Assembly (NCBI GenBank): GCA_044892525.1
Contig: CM097885.1
Coordinates: 41,542,001-41,606,000, forward strand
Direction of reading: 5' to 3'
Length of the DNA: 64,000 bases
DNA from: Schmidtea polychroa
Lineage: Eukaryota
The notes under the pieces were generated by a model, which saw nothing but the letters and a program-made list of their open reading frames with translations, searched no databases and was not told the DNA's origin. Numbering within the stretch: position 1 is the stretch's first letter; every line of letters starts with the position of its first letter. A program made the translations under genes and the position numbers. Of the stretch, positions 46,747-59,087 are shown one piece after another.

Positions 46747-47376
46747 TTTCTCTCGTTCTTTCAGATTATTTTCCTTTTCGCTTTTCTGTTCTTGATTTCT
46801 GCTTGTAATTTATGGTTGAAAATTAATTTTCTAAAATAAAGTAAAGAAGATTAAATCTATCAATGAATATTTATCCATTATAAATCGGGAAATGGACAAT
46901 TAATGAAAATCATAGGTACTAAGATTATATTTAGTGATATAATTTTCAATTATTTTATATTTCTGATAATAAACGCAAACTGAACATGAAACAACAATAA
47001 ACTAAACACACTGCACTAACATGAACACGAAAAAAAGTAGTCATAAATTAATATTTTGTTTTGTAAATATAAATAGTTTTAAATGCCGTTTTAAGTGCTT
47101 AACAAAAATAATAAAATAAAAAATAACACCGGACATCTTAGCACTCTGGGACCAGTGAATTCTATTCACATTTCCACCCTTCTTTATGGACCTGTGATCT
47201 GCATCTTTTTATTTATCAATTTTATCTAAATAGATATCTCAAAATTTATTTTCAAATTAAAATTACTTTTAACAAGTTATTTTTTTCAATTATTTTATTA
47301 AAAATTCCTTTAATTAAATTAAATAATCATATTAGTTTTTAATATCATAAATAAATATATATTTTAATATCTTTAC

Positions 47377-47541
47377 CAACAACATAACTCGCGTGATTTG
47401 CTGGAACATTGAATACAATTTGGAGATATTTCGAAATATAAGTTGTGCAAGCTTGAACAATACTTTGCTCCATCACTGTGGTCAAACTCATCAGTAACCA
47501 AATAGGACTTGTAAGCAGATCACGGAGTTCATAAAGCCAAC
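47377..47541 (-). CDS. OATP/SLCO exon (TM7)
   Basis: GWLYELRDLLTSPIWLLMSL...YISKYLQIVFNVPANHASYVVG; TACAG acceptor, GTAAAG donor; phase 1-1. Confidence 0.9.
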
Positions 47542-47908
47542 CTGTAAAACCATTCCGTAAATAATTAATAAATGGAAATAAATAAATAAAATCACAAAAA
47601 TTGCTGCATAATATCAAGTTTAATTCTGATTGGATCGCATCGTGAAATATTCATTTAAATTCATTTAGGACAATAAAATAAATCTGAATTATTATCGAGA
47701 CCAGTGGTCCCCAAATATTTTTAATAGAACTTCTCAACTTTTTATTGAATAATTATAATGACAGAAAACGAAATTGTGAGTTTTAAATTGTTTATTAGTG
47801 TTTATATTTTTAGGATTACATATATCTAAAATAAAATATTTTTATTTAATGAGATGCATTATAAATCTTTTATTAAGTTAGTAAAAGTTGTTGACATTGT
47901 CATAGTGA

Positions 47909-49799
47909 TGGATAAAACAGAGCAAGACAAAACAGAACATGACAAAACAGAACAAGACAAAACAGAACATGACAAAACAGAACAAGACAAAACAGAACAA
48001 TGACAAAACAGAACAATGACAAAACAGAACAGTGACAAAACAGAACAGTGACAAAACAGAACAGTGACAAAACAGAACATTATTTTTATTTTAAATTATT
48101 ATTGTACATATTATTTTACATCTAATCTTGATGTCGTAAGCATTACTGGAGGTTGGCCATTCTGCGTAAATACCTCAATTTGTCTTCGTGAGCGTGGTAT
48201 TCCTGCACAACTATTGACACTTGAAGAGCAATGGCTTCGTACTTCTTTTTTATCACTTCTTGGCGACCTGTCTGGGCATTGGCTAGTATTAATCGCTGAC
48301 AAGCCATATCTCGTCTTAGTCCATCTAATAAATTCCATATGCTTGGGTGACTACAATGAAATATTGAATTTAATGCGTTGTGAAAACCTTCACAACAATT
48401 TGTTGTCTTGGGAGCTCGCTCAGCAGCAGCCTCGAAATGGTTCCATATTCTTATTGGAAAGAGTGGTGATCTTCCAGCAACTCCTTCGATGTAGGTTGAG
48501 CAGAAATATGCTAATATTTGATTGTAGGCATCCTCATCTGGAAATGTTGCAGCTAGTTCGTCAAAGATAGTTTTTAAATCTAAGATTGGAACAAAGGAGA
48601 GTGCAGCTAACGACTTCAGTTTCAACTTTATGTCAATATCGGACTCATATAGTGCTTTCAATTCAACACTGTTGATCTTCCTAATTAAGCTTTGGCTGAG
48701 ATGAAAGTAGCATCCTTTTATTTCTGCTTGTGGAAAAGCAGCTTGAGCAGCAGACATACATGCTTTTTCAAAATCCAGTAGAATTTTTTGAGGTGTCATA
48801 TTGGGCACCAATTCCTTTAGTATTACAAACATCCTGTTGTATGTACTCATATTCTTTTTTTGTAAAAGAAAATATATATACATGGAGGATATGAATTTCC
48901 AATCTTAGCATGCCATGTATACAGCTGATAGAACATGTTAGGTGCTTTATCAAATGTTCCGTCTCCATAAATGACATCCTTGTGTAGCTCTGAGACAATA
49001 TCATTATTCCCGATTGCCAATATTCTTTCTGGATCATCAGTTCCTGTATCATATAAAATAAGATCAAGAAATTTCTCTTGTGTTTTCAACAATGCTCGGC
49101 ATTTCGTGGAAAAGTAGATTCTGCATCTGCAGGTGACGACTCCGCCTTGGTTTTCCCTATACTTTGTATATTCATAGCCTTGGTACAATAGACATTTATT
49201 TTCTTTATTTGTGATTGAATATTCCATGATTTTATTATTTATTTTAAAGCTTTAATTTAACTGAAAAACAAATCTATAATGATAATATTATACTGCAATA
49301 GAGATACTTATAGGATCAATTCCTTTCTGACAAGGTAGAAAAAAGTATAAAAAAAAAGTCAGTTAAATTTTATAGAAAAAATCGCACTAGGAAAGAATAA
49401 AGAATTTATAGAAATTATTTAAAGTTAAATATTTCAAAAAGTGTTTTTATAAAAATTGGGGAATACTGTAATTGTAAATTCGATTGTAATTCAAATCGCT
49501 GCAAATGTAAAATGTCAACCTCCAGTTGTAAAATAATAATTTAATAATATGTACAATAATAATTTAAAATAAAAATAATGTAATATAATATATAACTTTT
49601 TTCCACATGTTCTGTTTTGTCACTGTTCTGTTTTGTCACTGTTCTGTTTTGTCACTGTTCTGTTTTGTCATTGTTCTGTTTTGTCATTGTTCTGTTTTGT
49701 CTTGTTCTGTTTTGTCATGTTCTGTTTTGTCATGTTCTGTTTTGTCTTGTTCTGTTTTGTCATGTTCTGTTTTGTCATGTTCTGTTTTGTCATGGAACC
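47909..49799 (-). mobile_element. Mutator/MULE transposon (FLYWCH + MULE domain), frameshifted
   Basis: YGDGTFDKAPNMFYQLY, DFEKA, GCYFHLSQ, TNCCEGFH; long TIRs of tandem 15/17-mers GACAAAACAGAACA. Confidence 0.88.
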
Positions 49800-50005
49800 G
49801 TTTGATGACTATTGCCAAGATTAGCAATGTTCGGTTCAAGATTAATGAGTTTTAGAATTAAATGACGAGGGATTCTAGATTCATGTTATTCCTTGTTTAG
49901 GATATCTGAATTACGAAAAATTAAATAATGTTAGTAGATGGAAGTGTCACCGCTGGACCAACTCCATCCCCCTGGAAAATATCTAGGTCGACTCAGGATT
50001 GTATG

Positions 50006-50383
50006 TACTATGCAGGAGACGCGAAGATTTCTCTTTGCGCCAGGTAAGTATACAAAATTGCTGATTCAACTTTATTGCATACTTTCCCTGGTACATTGGA
50101 AATCACATCGATTGCAAATTAGCTAATTCACAGAAAAAATATCTGCAAACTTGTAAACATGGCGTATGAAAATGCATATTCACCTCTGGAGACCAAAATA
50201 CTCTATACACAGAAACTGTTTACAAGTGCATCCGTAAATATTTAGACATTTTAACTTGTAATGGTGTAAAATATTTTTTAGGGATGTCTAACATTTGAAT
50301 AATATAAACATTACAAGGTTTGTGATACCCAGTGCAATTCCAAATAGTAGACTAGTTTTAAGCTTTTGACTCTCATCAGTACT
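50006..50383 (-). mobile_element. Retrozyme/PLE-like unit copy 2, with degenerate hammerhead (50383-50346)
   Basis: AGTA CTGATGA GAGT-CAAAA-GCTT AAAA CTAGTC TACT (GAAA changed to AAAA); remainder matches 43955-44291. Confidence 0.7.
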
Positions 50384-50402
50384 TAGCGTCTCTTGCATAG
50401 TA

Positions 50403-52669
50403 CAGTAGTCCCTTGTATAACACAGTATTTGTATAAAACGGTTTCGATATTGCACGATACAAAATTTCCGATTATTATAACACGGTTTCGATTTTACACT
50501 GTATAAGACTTGAAATTTATAGCATAACGTTTTCAAAAATTGAATATGTTATGTATATATTCCGTTAGATTTTTTAAAATTGCGTTTAATAAGGCAAATA
50601 GCAGAAAAATCAGTATCGCTTTGTTCTTTGTAAATGAAGTTGATAAAGTTTTTGCTTGCATTGTTTTTAATATTTTGGAAAGTAAATAGAAAAAAAGTAG
50701 ATAAATAGTAAATAATAATAGCCATCTTTTGAAAGTCTATAAGTTCATAATAATTTTAATATCAGGTATGTTAAAAATTAAGTTGTAATGTTTATAGTAA
50801 AGCTAATTTTGTTTCCTAAATTTAGATAATGTCTGACAAAATTAACAAGCAAAAATTTAAACGAAAATTTATTTCACTCGAAGAAAAAATAGGAATTTTA
50901 GATCGTATAAAATGTGGAGAAAAACCTTCATCGATTGGAAAATCATTAAATTTAAACGAAGCTACTATTCGAACTATATTAAAAAATGAAAAATTAGAAA
51001 AAATGTTTGTGGCGGTTGTTTGCAAGGTGCTAAACGTATATCCCGCAAACGAGATATAAATATCGTAAAAATGGAATATGCTCTTATTATATGGATAGAA
51101 GATTGTTTAGATAAAAAAATTCCTTTGAGCACGAATATTATTAAAGAAAAAGCGTTCAGAATTTACAACCATTTAAAACAAAATGAACATTCTTTTAAAG
51201 AGCACTGGAAAGTATCATTTTTGGCAAGTAAAGGGTGGTTCGAAAATTTAAAAAAAAGATTTTCTTTGCGTAACGTAAAATTTGAAGGAGAGCGAGCTTC
51301 AGCAGATGTACAGGCTGCCCAAAAATTTATACTGTAAATACCACAAATTATTAAAGAGGGACAATATGCAGCTGATCAAATTTTCAACACCGATGAGACA
51401 GCTTTATATTGGAAGAAATTACCTTCTCGAACTTTTATTTCAAAAACAGTGGTTTATTATCAGTTCATGTCTCGCGTCTGTGTGCGTTTTTTGGCTTTGA
51501 GATTTGGATTGATTTGTGTGCGCACACAGACGCGTACAATTGTGGAGTTTAATAATCGAATTTTTTGTGAGTAAGATTTATTATTTTTTTAGTTGAAATT
51601 TTGGAGTGAGATCGAATTTTAATTTTGTGATTTGTTTTAAAGATTGGGAGTTTCTGGAAGTGTTTTTGAAAATAAATTTTTGTAAATTTATTTAATGGCT
51701 ACGATTAATACAGATAATTACTATTATCATAAATGAAACAGGGACGTTCACATATCTCAGGATGGTAAATGTGTGACGTGCAATGATGGATTTATTGAAA
51801 GAATTGAATCTGATAGCTCAATGGAAAGTGATGATGATGCCTTGAATGTTTTTCATATTATTCGTCATATTCCTGGTGGAAGTACTACAAACGAAACTGA
51901 TGGTTTCTTTTTTATTACTCCAAGAGATCCTGATAACAGAAATATTGTTTTTGGCCAACTAATATCAAATTTATTTGGTGGATTGTTACCTCTAGATTTT
52001 AGATCAGATTTGTCAGAATACATATTTTCAGATCAAAGTTTCGACAATTTTGTAACGAGAATTATGAATCAATTTGAACAGAGTGGTCCTCCAACAGCAA
52101 ATGAGGCAGATATTGAGAAATTACAAGTCAAGAAAATCACCGAAGCTAATGATACAGGTTCCATTTATCTGTCAGATTATGAGGTGGCCGATGAAGTGTA
52201 CGAGTTTCCCTGTCAGCATAGAAATCCTGTTCAGTGTCTAAAAACGGGGTTAATTAAATAAACAGCAAAGAACGCGCCAGGTTATAAACTTTGCAAAGAT
52301 CGTGTTACCCTTCACATGTGTAGTAACCTTTTTGTAGAATTTATTTGAAATAAAAACTTGAAGTTAACTTAGTTTTTCATTTATGTATATTTGGAGCGAA
52401 ATTTCAGCTATAATAAAAATTTACACCTTAAGACTTGGTTTCGATATACCACGGTACACATTAACTTGATTTATATTATTTCAAAGTTTCTTATAACACG
52501 GTTTTGATAGAACACGGTAGACTAGAATTAAATATTACGTTGATTTATTTTATATCTAAGTTTAATTATATTATTACATATATATTATATCTTAGTTTAA
52601 AAAAGTTTCGTATAACACGGTTTCGATATAGCACGGTACGAATTAACCGTGCTATACGAGGGACTACTG
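50403..52669 (+). mobile_element. pogo/Tigger transposon, decayed
   Basis: TIRs CAGTAGTCCC / GGGACTACTG; TA TSD; CENP-B HTH KRKFISLEEKI, FLASKGWFE, IFNTDETALYWK. Confidence 0.9.
51450..52259 (+). pseudogene. RNF126/RNF115-like module copy 2, inserted in the Tigger transposase
   Basis: ATG at 51695; CVTCNDGFIE, SGPPTA, FPCQH; flanked by AAACAG duplication; removing it restores ISKTAKNAPGYK. Confidence 0.75.
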
Positions 52670-52707
52670 TACTGATGAGAGCCAAAAGCTCGAAACTAGT
52701 CTACTAT
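52670..52707 (+). ncRNA. Hammerhead ribozyme whose 5' stem I arm (50397-50402) was displaced by the Tigger insertion
   Basis: CTGATGA GAGC-CAAAA-GCTC GAAA CTAGTC TACTAT; pre-insertion stem I ATAGTA/TACTAT. Confidence 0.8.
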
Positions 52708-53158
52708 TGGGATTTGCATTTGGGTATTATTAACCACAGAGCTACGGGTATTAATAGAATCCATAACTAAAACAATATTAACACGTGTAAGGAGTTAGTA
52801 AATCTCTATATAAAATTATTATGGTTAAATGTAGAAGTGAGATCAGTTAGTAGAAATAATTATTTCTGTTAAATATTTATATTTAAATTCTATATTAAAT
52901 TATATCATATTATATTAAATTATATTAAATTAAATCAATTAAATGTATGACCGGTAATTACATTAATATTAATGATTATCACGCCTCGGTGTTTAAATAT
53001 ACTAGTAAACGGCACAATTTTGACTTGTTATAAAAATAAATGCTTGAAGAAGACTTGAATTTAATTGCGTCTAACATGTCGACCACGGATTAATTGATAA
53101 GCAGACTATTACCTGAGAAATTTCACAAAGGCGATGATTTAGAAACTTTTATCAAGGA

Positions 53159-53989
53159 TTGAAACTTCGATGTGCATTTTCGAAACCGACATCATTAATG
53201 GATGATCTAAAAGAAGCTTTGAGTTATGAACAAGGATCAGATTCAGCCGAAACTTTTATAGAGAAAATTAAAAAGATGACAAAGAAATTAATAGCGCACA
53301 AATGGGATGAAGAAGAAATAGAAAAATGGCTGCTTACAAACTGTGTAAGAGATCGAGAAGTTAAAAAAGAGATCGAGATGAAAGATTTGAAAACATCAGA
53401 AGAAATAAAAGCGACAATAAAGAAATTAGAAAAGGTAAACAAAATTATGGGCCATATTAATGTTGTGAAGACTTCACCGGTTGTTCAAAACTACAGAAGC
53501 TACAGAGATGTTGCTCAAAGAGGAATGGTAAACGGAAATAATAATTTCAAGCAGCGAAACGTCAGTAACCGACAATTGGAATGCTGGACATGCAAGAAAA
53601 CTGGTCATGTTAGTCGAGAATGCCAAATGAAAAAGAAAATGACGTGTTTTGCATGCGGAGTTGAAGGCCACGTAAGGAGAAAATGTTCAACGATTCAATG
53701 CCAGAGATGTCACTTACGTGGACACAAGGAGATTGACTGCTATACAAATTTGGAAAGAAGGAAGTTTCAAACTAATTCAAACATGAGAAACAATAATAAT
53801 TATGCCCATCGAAACACAAGCTATCAACAAAAGATCAACAATCCAGGAAGAACAATTGCAGCAATTGAAGCTAATGATGAGACGATGCCACTTGAGTATT
53901 CAAATGATGCAGAAGACAAATATGAGGATATTCAGCACCAAAAAGTACATGCTTCGACACGGGAGGCAATGATCGGAGCAATAAACTAG
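53159..53989 (+). CDS. Gypsy Gag (three CCHC knuckles), 5' part disrupted
   Basis: CWTCKKTGHVSREC, CFACGVEGHVRRKC, CQRCHLRGHKEIDC. Confidence 0.9.
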   Translation: MKLRCAFSKPTSLMDDLKEALSYEQGSDSAETFIEKIKKMTKKLIAHKWDEEEIEKWLLTNCVRDREVKKEIEMKDLKTSEEIKATIKKLEKVNKIMGHINVVKTSPVVQNYRSYRDVAQRGMVNGNNNFKQRNVSNRQLECWTCKKTGHVSRECQMKKKMTCFACGVEGHVRRKCSTIQCQRCHLRGHKEIDCYTNLERRKFQTNSNMRNNNNYAHRNTSYQQKINNPGRTIAAIEANDETMPLEYSNDAEDKYEDIQHQKVHASTREAMIGAIN

Positions 53990-54420
53990 GTAATTTTGAT
54001 ATTGATGTAAATATTGGTCATAATAATTTTAATAATGTAAATATTCCTTATATATATAGTAATGTAGAACCTTTATGTAATAAAATTTGTAATTTTAAAA
54101 AGTTTCCTTTAAATAATTTTAAATGTTATAGTTATTTAAATGCTGATCGATCTTTAATAAATAATAATAATAATCCTAAGAATCAAGAAGAGTATAATGA
54201 AATTAAAGAAGCAGAATATAATAATAAAATCGTAAATGAAAAAGTTTATAAATTTATTAAAAAGGCAGAAGATAAATTATAGAGAACGGAAATTGGGTGG
54301 ATTAATGAAATATCAGAGGAGCAAAATATTTTCACTAAAGATGAATGGAAACGACCGATACTGAGTTATGACAAAATACAAGGTAGACCGAGTACAACTC
54401 TTGAAATTCAGGGCTATAGA

Positions 54421-57400
54421 ATGGAATGCTTACTAGATACAGGAGCAAGAGTAAATGTAATGGCAGAAGCAGTTGTGGACAAATTAGTGAATGTGAAAAT
54501 CATAAAAACAGATGAGATGTTAAGATGTGCAAATGATAGTAAATTAGAGACAATCGGAAAAATAAATATTGATGTTAGAATTGGTAATATGGAAAGAAAA
54601 ATAACATTTATAATAGTTAAAAATATTGTTCCAGATATAATAGGCGGAGTGGAATTGCAGAAAGAGTTTGGAATTGAATTAAACTACATCAAGCAAAATG
54701 AAGAAGGATATAATGAATTTGTGTGTGAAATAGAAGCTAGATTTGGGGAAAAGATTACAGATAACGAGAGATGTCAAAAAGCAATAGAAATTCTAAGATT
54801 AGACGAAAATAAAAGACTGTTAGAGATTGTTAAAAACAATAAAAGTGTTTTTATGGCTAATAACTGGGATATCGGATGTACTGATTTAATTTCATATAAA
54901 ATCTTCACAAAAGAAGGGCCAATTATGATAAAACCCAGAAGACAACCCATCAATTTAGAGGAGAAAATAAATGCTGCAATAAAAATTTAGAAATTATTGA
55001 TATCATAAGAAGATGTAATTCACCTTGGAATACGCCGTTAGTATACGTGTGGAAAAAAGACAAAAAAGATATCAGACTTTGTTTAGATTTTAGACAGCTT
55101 AATAAGATTACTGAAAGACAAGCTTTTCCTATGCCGAATGTAGAAGAAATTCTAGATACATTACATGGATCTAAGTACTTTAGTTCTATAGACCTTGGGA
55201 ACGCTTATTATCAAGTGAAATTGGACATAGAATCGCAAGAAAAGACAGCATTTTCTACTAAAGAAGGGCAATTTTGTTTTAATAGAATGCCTTTTGGCAT
55301 TGCGGCGGCACCGGGTACATTCCAAGAATTAATGACAAAAATATTGAAAGATCTATGGAAAGAAGGAGTTATGGTGTATTTAGACGATATTTTAATTTTT
55401 ACAAGAACAATTGAAGAACATTACAATGTGTTTGGAAAAGTTCTAGAGAAAATACGGGAAGCTAAATTGAGAATCAACCCAGAAAAATGTCAGTTATTAA
55501 AGAGCGAAGTAAAGTTTGTAGGGCACATTATTAACAGTCAGGGGATTCGTACAGATCAAAGTAAAATTGAGGCTATTAAATCATTTCAGAGGCCTAAATG
55601 TATAAAGAATTTGAGAAGCGTTTTAGGTATATGTAACTATTATCGGAGATTTATTAAGGAATATGCAACAAAATCAAGAGCGCTAGAAAGCATATGTGGA
55701 AGCAATAGTGAAAAAATAATCTGGACTGAGGAATGTGAGAAAGCTTTCGAAGAAATGAAAATGGCGTTGACTACAGCGCCAATTCTCGTATTTCCAGATT
55801 TCAAGAAAGAATTCATATTAGATACAGACGCAAGCTTTGATACAATTGGAGCTGTATTATCACAAAGAGATGAAATGGGGCATGAACACGTTATTGCATA
55901 TGGATCCCATGCAATGAGTAGCCATGAAAGAGGATATTGTATAACACGAAAAGAGCTTTTGTCTATATATTATTTCTGTCGCCATTTCAACCATTATTTA
56001 TACGGTAAACGGTTTGTTTTGCGCACTGATCATAAAGCAATAACTTTTATGTTAACGACAAAGAAGCTTATAACAGCACAGTTCCAAACGTGGATAAATT
56101 ACTTGAGCAGTTTAGACATAAAAATGGAGTTTAGAAAAGGTATGGCGCATACGAATGCAAATATGCTGTCTAGAAATACATGCGGCAAATGTGTACAATG
56201 TTTGATGGACCATGATAACCCCAAATCAGGGCGATTAAAAACTAGATTGTTAACATTGATGACCGAAAATAATGGAAATGAATGGCAAAGAGATAATGCA
56301 GAAATACAAGATATAAAAGATCAAATAAATGAAAGAAAAAATAATAAATATATATTAAAAGGAAATATGATCTATACCAATCAAAACAAAATATGGATAC
56401 CAGAAACAAAAAGACGAGAAATGATTAAGGAAACACATTTATTATTATGCCACGCAGGAGTAGAAAAAGTTATGAAATATATTAGGAGCAATTTTGATAT
56501 GGAAGATTTGCTAAATGAAGTAAAAGAGACTATTTCAATATGTGAAGCATGTCAGAAAAACAAAGTTTTAACTACAAAGTCAAAAGAAAAAACCCAAGTA
56601 ATTCAAGCTTCAGAACCTATGGAGAAAATATACATGGATATTTGCGGTCCATTAAGAGAAACTTTCAGAGGAGAAAAATATATTTGTGCAATAATCGATC
56701 ATTACAGTAAATACATATCTCTAACTCCTATTAGAAAGCAAGATGAAAATACAATAAAGGCAGTTTTGTTAAATAATTGGATATTGAAATTTGGAGCCCC
56801 TAAGGAACTACATGTTGATTGTGGAAAGAATTTCGAAGCAAATAGTATTAAAGAACTAGCAAAGGCAGCAGGAATTGAGTTGATATTTTCGAGTCCGTAT
56901 CATCATAATACTAATGGTGTAATTGAAAGACAATTTCGTACTATAAGAGACTATATTAATGCGTCACTCAGAGAAGGAGTTAAAAAAAGCTGGGCAGAAT
57001 TAATACCTGATATAGAATACGTTTTAAATGCGACAGCTCAAAAAACTACTGGAGTGAGTCCAGCAGAAATTATATTTGGAAGAAAGATTAATAGATAGCA
57101 ATGGCATAGTAATAATGAAGTGGATAGAAATGAAATCATGCGGAAATTAGAGGCTAAAAGACAGCAAGCGAAAGAAATTGGCACAACTAGAAACTTAGAA
57201 GTCGGGGACAAAGTATTGGTGAAACAAGAAATTAGAAACAAAGATCACGAGAGATATGAAGGACCATACACAGTAATAAAACGAAATCATGAAAGAAGTT
57301 ATTTATTAACAGACGAAAACGGGAGAAAAATAACGAGGAATATAGAAAAGTTGAAGCATTTTAAAAAAGGGGGATGTAAGGAGTTAGTAAATCTCTATAT

Positions 57401-57461
57401 AAAATTATTATGGTTAAATGTAGAAGTGAGATCAGTTAGTAGAAATAATTATTTCTGTTAA
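54421..57461 (+). pseudogene. Gypsy Pol (protease, RT, RNase H, integrase)
   Basis: LLDTGA; YLDD; TDAS; H-C2 Zn finger and DDE core; GPY motif; frameshift near 54988, stop at 57096. Confidence 0.93.
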
Positions 57462-58924
57462 ATATTTATATTTAAATTCTATATTAAATTATATCATATT
57501 ATATTAAATTAAATCAATTAAATGTATGACCGGTAATTACATTAATATTAATAATTATCACGCCTCGGTGTTTAAATATACTAGTAAACGGCACAATTTT
57601 GAGTTGTTATAAAAATAAATGCTTGAAGAAGACTTGAATTTAATTGCGTCTAACAACACGTTTATTATTCAAATACAAATATTATTAAAGCAAATTATAA
57701 CGTTAATTTGTTTGAGGAGTTTCTAAAAAATAATAATTAATGTATAAGTATGGATTTCAGCATACAATCAAACATGCACAACATCATACCATTATTTTAA
57801 TACAAATTACAAAACGCCTCACAGGTATCACAAAGCTCTTAAGAAAATTAAAAATGTATTGAAAAATCTGGAATCATAACAATTTGTGAAACATCGACCA
57901 ATTCATCTCAACATCCAATGTACAATTTAATCAGCATCAATATATTAGTTCTTCAAGCTTTTGTTTCGGACTAATATCGAGTGTAATTCGTAAAAATCTT
58001 CTATATGCATGGATTTTACATTTAATTATGGCTGCTAGTTTGCCTTTGCCAATCTCAGTCGTGGAAATGGAACTAATACGAAACGAAACTCCTACTTCAA
58101 ATTGCAACGATGGCCATTTAATACTCCAAAACTGTATAATATCAGTTGATAAATATATTTTAAATTCATATATATTTCTTATGTATTTACAATTAGAATT
58201 TAGATGTTTATTATGTTAATGATTTTTAATTTATTTTTTAAACTCGGCGCCTTTTAATTTTATTTTGACCCTTGATTTTATAAATATGTATAAATTTAGT
58301 ATTCTTCAAAACTTTTAATTAAAATGTTTATTTTGAAAATATTTAAATAAGTAAATTAACTATATAGTATTTAAACGATATAAACAATATGACCTAGTTA
58401 AATAAATGGATTATATTGTTTTAAATAAATAAACTATATGGTCTCTTAAATATATAAAATATATAATCTTAAATAAATAGATTATATTGTTTTAAATAAA
58501 TAAATTATATGGCCTATTTAATTTTACACATGATATGCTTAATTTTAACTTGACCTACATTTTGAACTTAAACTGGTGTCAAAATGACAATGGTCTTAAA
58601 ATGTCACTTTAATTTGACCTAATTCCAAAGGTTTTTATGTTAATATTTTTTCTAGGTGAAGGTTAATCGATATCTGACGGTCTTTATGGTATGCGTTTTA
58701 AAATATGCGAACTTAATATGCTAATGCCTCAAAAAAGCGGTCTATAATGAAATTAATTAAGGACAGGGAAACGAAATTAAAAAAAAACTAATTAATTAAC
58801 AAGTTATGCATGATCATTGGAAACATTGTTGTTAATGTTCCCTGTTCACAATTCAGATTTTGTTCATAATTCTATTACGATAAAAATGGGAATTACACAA
58901 ATTATCAGGAAAAATAAATTTTAC

Positions 58925-59087
58925 CGGGCATAAATACTTTGAAAGTAGATTTTGAAAATTTATCTTCGTCAATGGGATTTATCTTTGAATCGTAAGGTAA
59001 TACGTCACCAGTCACAATTTCAAAAGAACCAGTTTTTTTCTTTGACTTTTTGATATTATTGTTACTGATCTGACTGGGTAAAATTTT
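58925..59087 (-). CDS. Probable OATP/SLCO exon (cytoplasmic loop after TM6)
   Basis: TTTTAG acceptor, G|GTAAAA donor, open frame KILPSQ...FKVFMP, phase matches exon 47541. Confidence 0.65.

Larger units (their letters stand above)
52786..57655 (+). mobile_element. Ty3/Gypsy LTR retrotransposon, full length but with stops and frameshifts
   Basis: LTRs 52786-53076 and 57375-57655 (TG...CA); TSD ACACG; PPT AAAAAAGGGGGA; domain order gag-PR-RT-RH-IN. Confidence 0.96.

Noticed and set aside
49607..49855. Cys/Phe-rich ORFs (also 47859-48080)
   Set aside because: Translations of the MULE TIR tandem repeats
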